Below are positions 6,686 through 10,459 of a DNA stretch of 10,459 nt, piece by piece. The notes beneath the pieces were generated by a model. That model saw nothing but the letters and a program-made list of their open reading frames with translations, was not told the DNA's origin and searched no databases. Source of the DNA: Candidatus Sumerlaeia bacterium (GTDB lineage: Bacteria; Sumerlaeota; Sumerlaeia; SLMS01); contig JBBQYG010000146.1 in assembly GCA_038208905.1 (NCBI GenBank), forward strand, positions 1 through 10,459. Direction: 5' to 3'. The stretch's first letter is position 1, and each line of letters starts with the position of its first letter. A program made the position numbers and the translations under genes.

Positions 6686-8205
6686 CCCGCCGCCAGACCA
6701 TCCATCAGGCGGTCGGCTTCCTTCGGGCCCCAGCTTCCGGCGTCGTAGTTGGGGAAGTCGGGGCGGGGGAGGGCGTCCCAGCCCTTCTGGATCGCGGTGC
6801 AGATGCGCCATGCTTCCTCGACCTCGTCGGCGCGGGTGAAGAGCGAGCCGTCGCCGAGGATGCAGTCGAGGAGGAGGCGCTCGTAGGCCTCCGGCGACTG
6901 CGAGCCGAAGCTGGAGCCGTAGCGGAAGTCCATCTGCACCGGTTGCAGCGTCGTGTTCAGGCCCGGCTGCTTGGCTGCGAAGCTCATCGAAATGCCCTCG
7001 TCGGGCTGGATGCGCAGCGCGAGGATATTCGCGCGGCGCGCCTCGCTGTTGGGATAGATCTCGTGCGGAGGGCGCTTGAAGATCACGGCGATTTCCGTCG
7101 CCCGCTTGGGGAGGCGCTTTCCCGAACGTAGCAGGAACGGCACGCCGGCCCAGCGCCAGTTGCGGACCTGAAGGCGGAGCGCGACGTAGGTGTCCGTGAC
7201 GGAGTCCTTGGGGATCAGGTTCTCTTCGCGATAGGCGAGCGCCTCCTTCCCGCGGAGCGACCCGGCGCCATACTGGCCACGGACCACGTTGTCGCGGACT
7301 TCCTCCACGGTCATCGTCTCGATGGCGCGGAGCACGCGCGTCTTCTCGTCGCGGAGCGCGTCCGCGTCGAGCGACGCGGGGGGCTCCATCGCCGTGAGGC
7401 ACATGAGCTGCAGGACGTGGTTCTGCACCACGTCGCGGAGGATTCCCGCCGTGTCGAAATACTGCCCGCGACGGCCCGGCATTCCCACTTCCTCGCCCAT
7501 GGTGATCTGCACATGGTCGATGTAGCGCGAGGACCAGAGCGGCTCGAAGATGGAGTTGGCAAACCGGAAGGCGAGGATGTTCTGCACCGTCTCCTTGCCG
7601 AGATAGTGGTCGATGCGATAGACCTGCTTCTCGTCGAGGACGGCGGAAATCTTGCGGTTGAGCGCGCGCGCGCTGTCGAGGTCCGTGCCGAAGGGCTTCT
7701 CCACAACCACGCGGGTCCACGTCTTCTCGGGGACTGCCGGGCGTGCGAGCTTGGACGCGGCCATGGCGTCGGTCACCGGCTCGAAGAACTCCGGAGCGAT
7801 GGCGAAATAGAACAGGCGGTTGCCGGGGAGGTTGTACTCCTTCTCCAGCGCCTCCAGCCGCTCGCGTAACTTGCCGAAGTCGTCGGCGCTGTCGAGCTGG
7901 CCGGACTGATAGTACACGTTGTTGAGGAAGTCGTCGGCTTCCTGCCGGCTGGCGGGCTTGGCGCGCGAGTGCTCGGCGAGCGCCGTATAGAGGTCGTCGC
8001 GGAACTCGCCGTCGGCCTTTTCCCGCCGCGCAAACCCGACGATGGCAAACCGTGACGGCATCTGGCCGTTGCGCGAGAGATTGTAGAGCGCCGGGATCAG
8101 CTTGCGCCCCGTCAGGTCGCCGGTCGCCCCCAGCACCACGATGGTACAGGGCTCGGGAGCCCGCCGCTTGCTGCTGCCGTCCCTCAGGGGGTTGCTGTTC
8201 GCCAT
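6670..8205 (-). CDS. zwf: Glucose-6-phosphate 1-dehydrogenase, 511 aa
   Basis: GATGDL nucleotide-binding motif, VVEKPFG, YRIDHYLGKETVQN, RDVVQNH, WRWAGVPFLLRSGKRL, LRIQPDEGI, EAYERLL and GSWGP. GGAG lies 5 nt upstream (8211-8214). Confidence 0.98.
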   Translation of the reverse strand: MANSNPLRDGSSKRRAPEPCTIVVLGATGDLTGRKLIPALYNLSRNGQMPSRFAIVGFARREKADGEFRDDLYTALAEHSRAKPASRQEADDFLNNVYYQSGQLDSADDFGKLRERLEALEKEYNLPGNRLFYFAIAPEFFEPVTDAMAASKLARPAVPEKTWTRVVVEKPFGTDLDSARALNRKISAVLDEKQVYRIDHYLGKETVQNILAFRFANSIFEPLWSSRYIDHVQITMGEEVGMPGRRGQYFDTAGILRDVVQNHVLQLMCLTAMEPPASLDADALRDEKTRVLRAIETMTVEEVRDNVVRGQYGAGSLRGKEALAYREENLIPKDSVTDTYVALRLQVRNWRWAGVPFLLRSGKRLPKRATEIAVIFKRPPHEIYPNSEARRANILALRIQPDEGISMSFAAKQPGLNTTLQPVQMDFRYGSSFGSQSPEAYERLLLDCILGDGSLFTRADEVEEAWRICTAIQKGWDALPRPDFPNYDAGSWGPKEADRLMDGLAAGWRLL

Positions 8206-8304
8206 GGTTGCTCCGCCGTCGCTCTGGTCTTGGTTGCCGATACGCCGCGAATATCACCGCGACGGGGGATGGGTGAGCAAGGGGTGTTCGCGGCTCCCGC
8301 GCTT

Positions 8305-9972
8305 CTACTGGTGCCGATGCTCCCACTCGGGAAACGCCTCGCGGATCGTCGCGATCTCCTGGGCCCGGATGGCAAGGAGCAGAGGGCGCGATCCGCGCCG
8401 GGCGGAGGGGACGAAGCCCGTCTCGGGAAACTGGATGACGGGGAGGCGCTTCTCGATGCGCTGGCGGAGGTCGCCCTGTTCCTCCCACCCGGCGTGGAGC
8501 ACCCACAGGGTCCCCGTGCGCGGGTGCCCAAATTCCGCGATGGCGCGCTCGGCGGCAGCCACCAGATGCTGTGGCTTGAAGTACCAATTGGTGTGGGGAA
8601 TATAGCAGTAGAGCACGCCGTTGCGCTCGTACTGGCGCGGCACGGTTTCCCAATACCAGGCGGAGAGTTCCGGCAGGTGGAAGCTCGCCACGAGCGCCGA
8701 TTGCTCGTCGAGGAGGACGAAGTCGCCGGGCTGGAAGCGCGACTCCAGCGTGGCGATGGCGCGGTTGAATTCGTCCTTACGGGCGGGGAGTTCCTGCCTC
8801 CCCGCAAGGCGCACCGTCTCCACGCTGGCAATCACGCCATGCGCCGCCATAAGCCCCGCGACGGCCCAGCCAAAGAGCTTGCCGCGATCCGCCATGAATC
8901 CCAGCGCGGGAAGGACCAGGCCCATGCAGAATGGGAACAGGTAGAGCGTGTGCCGTGTTCCGCCATAGGGGAGCTTCTGGATCGCCACAAGCGCCAGCGC
9001 CAGCGCGAATGGAAGCAGTGCCGCCGAGAGGAACAGCCACCTTCGCCCGCGCGTCAGGACCGCGATTCCCACCAAGGCCGCGAAGAGATATACAACGGAG
9101 AGGGGCTCCGTGAACGTGGTGGCGAAGAGTTCCGCGGTGTTGCGGAGAATCTGCGCGGGGCTCGCGGAGAACTGGGCCTCCATCCAGCTCGTGGAGTAGC
9201 TCCCGGCCCTCAGCCTGCTGAAGGGGCCGATATGGACGCGCTGGTAGAAAAGCACCAGCAGCGCCGACGGCACCTGTCCCGCAGCCACGATTCCCCACCA
9301 GCGCAGGGGCTTCCGCGCGATCAGCCCGTGGAGCCCAACCACGATCCCCATCGCCGCCGCCGCCACGGTCAGGCTGTATAGAAAGCTATACGCCAGCATG
9401 AATCCGCCAACGAAGAGCGCATAGTCCCGCCACCGCCCCCCCGCAACGAAGCGCGCCATCCCCGCAAGCGCCGCCAGCAGGAACGCGAAGGCAAAGGTGT
9501 AGTTGCGGCACACCGAAGACAGCTCGATCAGCCCGGGCGAGAACGTCACCAGCCACGCCAGCGCGAGTCCGCCACGGGCGCCCGCCACCTCGCGCCCCAG
9601 CCACCATGCCAGCCCGATCATCGCCACCCCCGCGAGGAAGGGCGGCATCCTCAGCCAGAAGATGTCCCGCGTCGCGAGACCGACGGCGTGGTAGATGTAG
9701 TAGGACGCCGGCGGATGGGCGTGGAAGAGCGAGGTGCCGAACACGTCGTTCAGATGCTCCCGGTTCGCCGTCTGCAGGAACATGGCCTCGTCGGGGTTGA
9801 TCAGGAACCCATCGACCCCCGTCAGGCGAAGGGCGGCGCCGACCAGCACCAGAACGCCCAGCAGGGTCCGCCGCCCCACGGCGGTATCGATCCCCTGCGC
9901 GACTCCCCTCCGACCCAGCCACGTTAGGATTCCGGCGGCGGTCAGCAGGCAAAGTTGCAGGGCAAGACCCAC
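8305..9972 (-). CDS. GT-C fold polytopic membrane glycosyltransferase (GT39/PMT_2/ArnT-like), ~555 aa
   Basis: Shows the LRL...INPDEA acidic DE motif after a TM helix, HPPASYY, LRMP, FSPGLIELS..RNY and many TM helices, followed by a soluble C-terminal domain. GTG start has no clear SD. An in-frame stop at 10018-10020 limits upstream extension, so the exact start is uncertain. Confidence 0.82.
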   Translation of the reverse strand: MGLALQLCLLTAAGILTWLGRRGVAQGIDTAVGRRTLLGVLVLVGAALRLTGVDGFLINPDEAMFLQTANREHLNDVFGTSLFHAHPPASYYIYHAVGLATRDIFWLRMPPFLAGVAMIGLAWWLGREVAGARGGLALAWLVTFSPGLIELSSVCRNYTFAFAFLLAALAGMARFVAGGRWRDYALFVGGFMLAYSFLYSLTVAAAAMGIVVGLHGLIARKPLRWWGIVAAGQVPSALLVLFYQRVHIGPFSRLRAGSYSTSWMEAQFSASPAQILRNTAELFATTFTEPLSVVYLFAALVGIAVLTRGRRWLFLSAALLPFALALALVAIQKLPYGGTRHTLYLFPFCMGLVLPALGFMADRGKLFGWAVAGLMAAHGVIASVETVRLAGRQELPARKDEFNRAIATLESRFQPGDFVLLDEQSALVASFHLPELSAWYWETVPRQYERNGVLYCYIPHTNWYFKPQHLVAAAERAIAEFGHPRTGTLWVLHAGWEEQGDLRQRIEKRLPVIQFPETGFVPSARRGSRPLLLAIRAQEIATIREAFPEWEHRHQ

Positions 9973-10067
9973 GTTGGGGCGTTCCGGGGCGGGGGAATCA
10001 ATCGGGCCGGGGGCCTTTCACGAGGCATCCCCCCAAACCCCACCCGTGCAAGGCGAAAGTGAAAATC

Positions 10068-10212
10068 TAGAGCGGTTCTCGAAAGTCTTGGCGCGATGGA
10101 GGACGCCGTAAAAGAGTATCGTGGGCATCTTGCCCGCGTGTGGGGGCGACGGGGCTCGGGCGAGACGCCCAAGCTACTTTGGAATACGACAGGACTTTCG
10201 AGAGTCACTCTA
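10068..10212. mobile_element. Putative MITE-like element with 23-bp imperfect terminal inverted repeats (outer TA may be a target-site duplication)
   Basis: Left end TAGAGCGGTTCTCGAAAGTCTTG (10068-10090) versus the reverse complement of the right end TAGAGTGACTCTCGAAAGTCCTG (10190-10212): 19/23 identical. The element is 145 bp, intergenic, and encodes no transposase. Confidence 0.62.
10116..10177. repeat. Inverted REP doublet (REPIN-like), GTAG-type
   Basis: REP1 (+, 10116-10138) is GTAT-CGTGGGCA-TCT-TGCCCGCG. REP2 (-, 10177-10155) is GTAG-CTTGGGCG-TCT-CGCCCGAG. Both have a 4-nt leader, 8-bp stem and TCT loop, separated by a 16-nt spacer. Confidence 0.72.
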
Positions 10213-10231
10213 ACCCACCCACGTATTGCGA

Positions 10232-10459
10232 CTACCAGCGTGAGAGGTGCGGAACACGCGCTCTCACGATGTAGATGCGGCCCTCGTCGATAAATGTCGG
10301 AAACTGCTCGCCTATCGGCTCGTAGTTCGGGTTCGCATTGTTCTTTATCTGAACAGACCAGTAGTGAATCCCTTGGATTTTGCCCTCCGCATTCCGTTGG
10401 AAATCTAGCAGGACTCCGCAATGACCCGTTCCCGAGTTCCGCCAGAACTGGACAAAGTC
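10232..10459 (-). CDS. Partial CDS (3' end, 75 aa visible), probable NlpC/P60-superfamily (papain-like) protein
   Basis: Open frame from the window edge to TAG at 10232-10234: DFVQFWRNSGTGHCGVLLDFQRNAEGKIQGIHYWSVQIKNNANPNYEPIGEQFPTFIDEGRIYIVRARVPHLSRW. 'DFVQF...GHCGV' matches the (G)D-x-V-x-F...H-x-G strand pair of NlpC/P60 enzymes. It is not in the ORF track because it has no start codon in the window. Confidence 0.62.
   Translation of the reverse strand, partial: DFVQFWRNSGTGHCGVLLDFQRNAEGKIQGIHYWSVQIKNNANPNYEPIGEQFPTFIDEGRIYIVRARVPHLSRW

Noticed and set aside
5510..8653. 1047-aa ORF as a giant alanine racemase fusion or overlapping gene
   Set aside because: Only the last ~391 aa are Alr. 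The upstream part is Arg/Pro/Gly-rich off-frame translation over zwf and the glycosyltransferase, a typical high-GC artefact.
8230..9381. 383-aa + strand ORF and other long antisense ORFs (1923..2654, 3100..3780, 5984..6748)
   Set aside because: They are antisense to motif-supported genes and are expected from stop-codon scarcity in GC-rich DNA.
10142..10165. GGGGGCGAC... as a possible tmRNA or tRNA 5' end
   Set aside because: It lacks the following TTCGAC, and no T-arm or CCA end is visible. The segment is explained as the spacer and arm of the REP doublet, and the downstream sequence codes on the opposite strand.
9942..10421. Track ORFs 9942..10421 (-), 10096..10293 (+) and 9734..10111 (+)
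   Set aside because: They have no recognisable motifs and cross the repeat element and better-supported genes. A different minus frame (10232-10459) gives a protein-like sequence.

Overview
GC-rich bacterial window (core genes look ~65-70% GC; lineage cannot be fixed from sequence alone). A + strand PilZ-like gene (42-482) converges at a bidirectional intrinsic terminator (594-637) with a long run of minus-strand genes. In transcription order these are: a truncated, low-GC ORF absent from the supplied track with an NlpC/P60-like GDxVxF...GH signature (10232->10459); a composite inverted-repeat element (23-bp outer TIRs enclosing an inverted GTAG-type REP doublet, 10068-10212); a GT-C/GT39-like membrane glycosyltransferase; zwf; alr; two small translationally coupled membrane proteins; a long M48/HtpX-like metalloprotease; a membrane-anchored beta-domain protein; and a secreted PGRP-type (Amidase_2) amidase with a 44-aa Ser/Thr-Pro linker and a golvesin/Xly-like C-terminal domain. 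The most notable points are the apparent split amidase system (anchored partner plus secreted catalytic subunit), the nested REP-doublet/MITE-like element with compensatory stem changes, the unusual overlapping zwf-alr-membrane protein chain, and a possible O-glycosylation link between the GT-C enzyme and the S/T-P linkers. Family calls rest on recognised motifs, not database searches.
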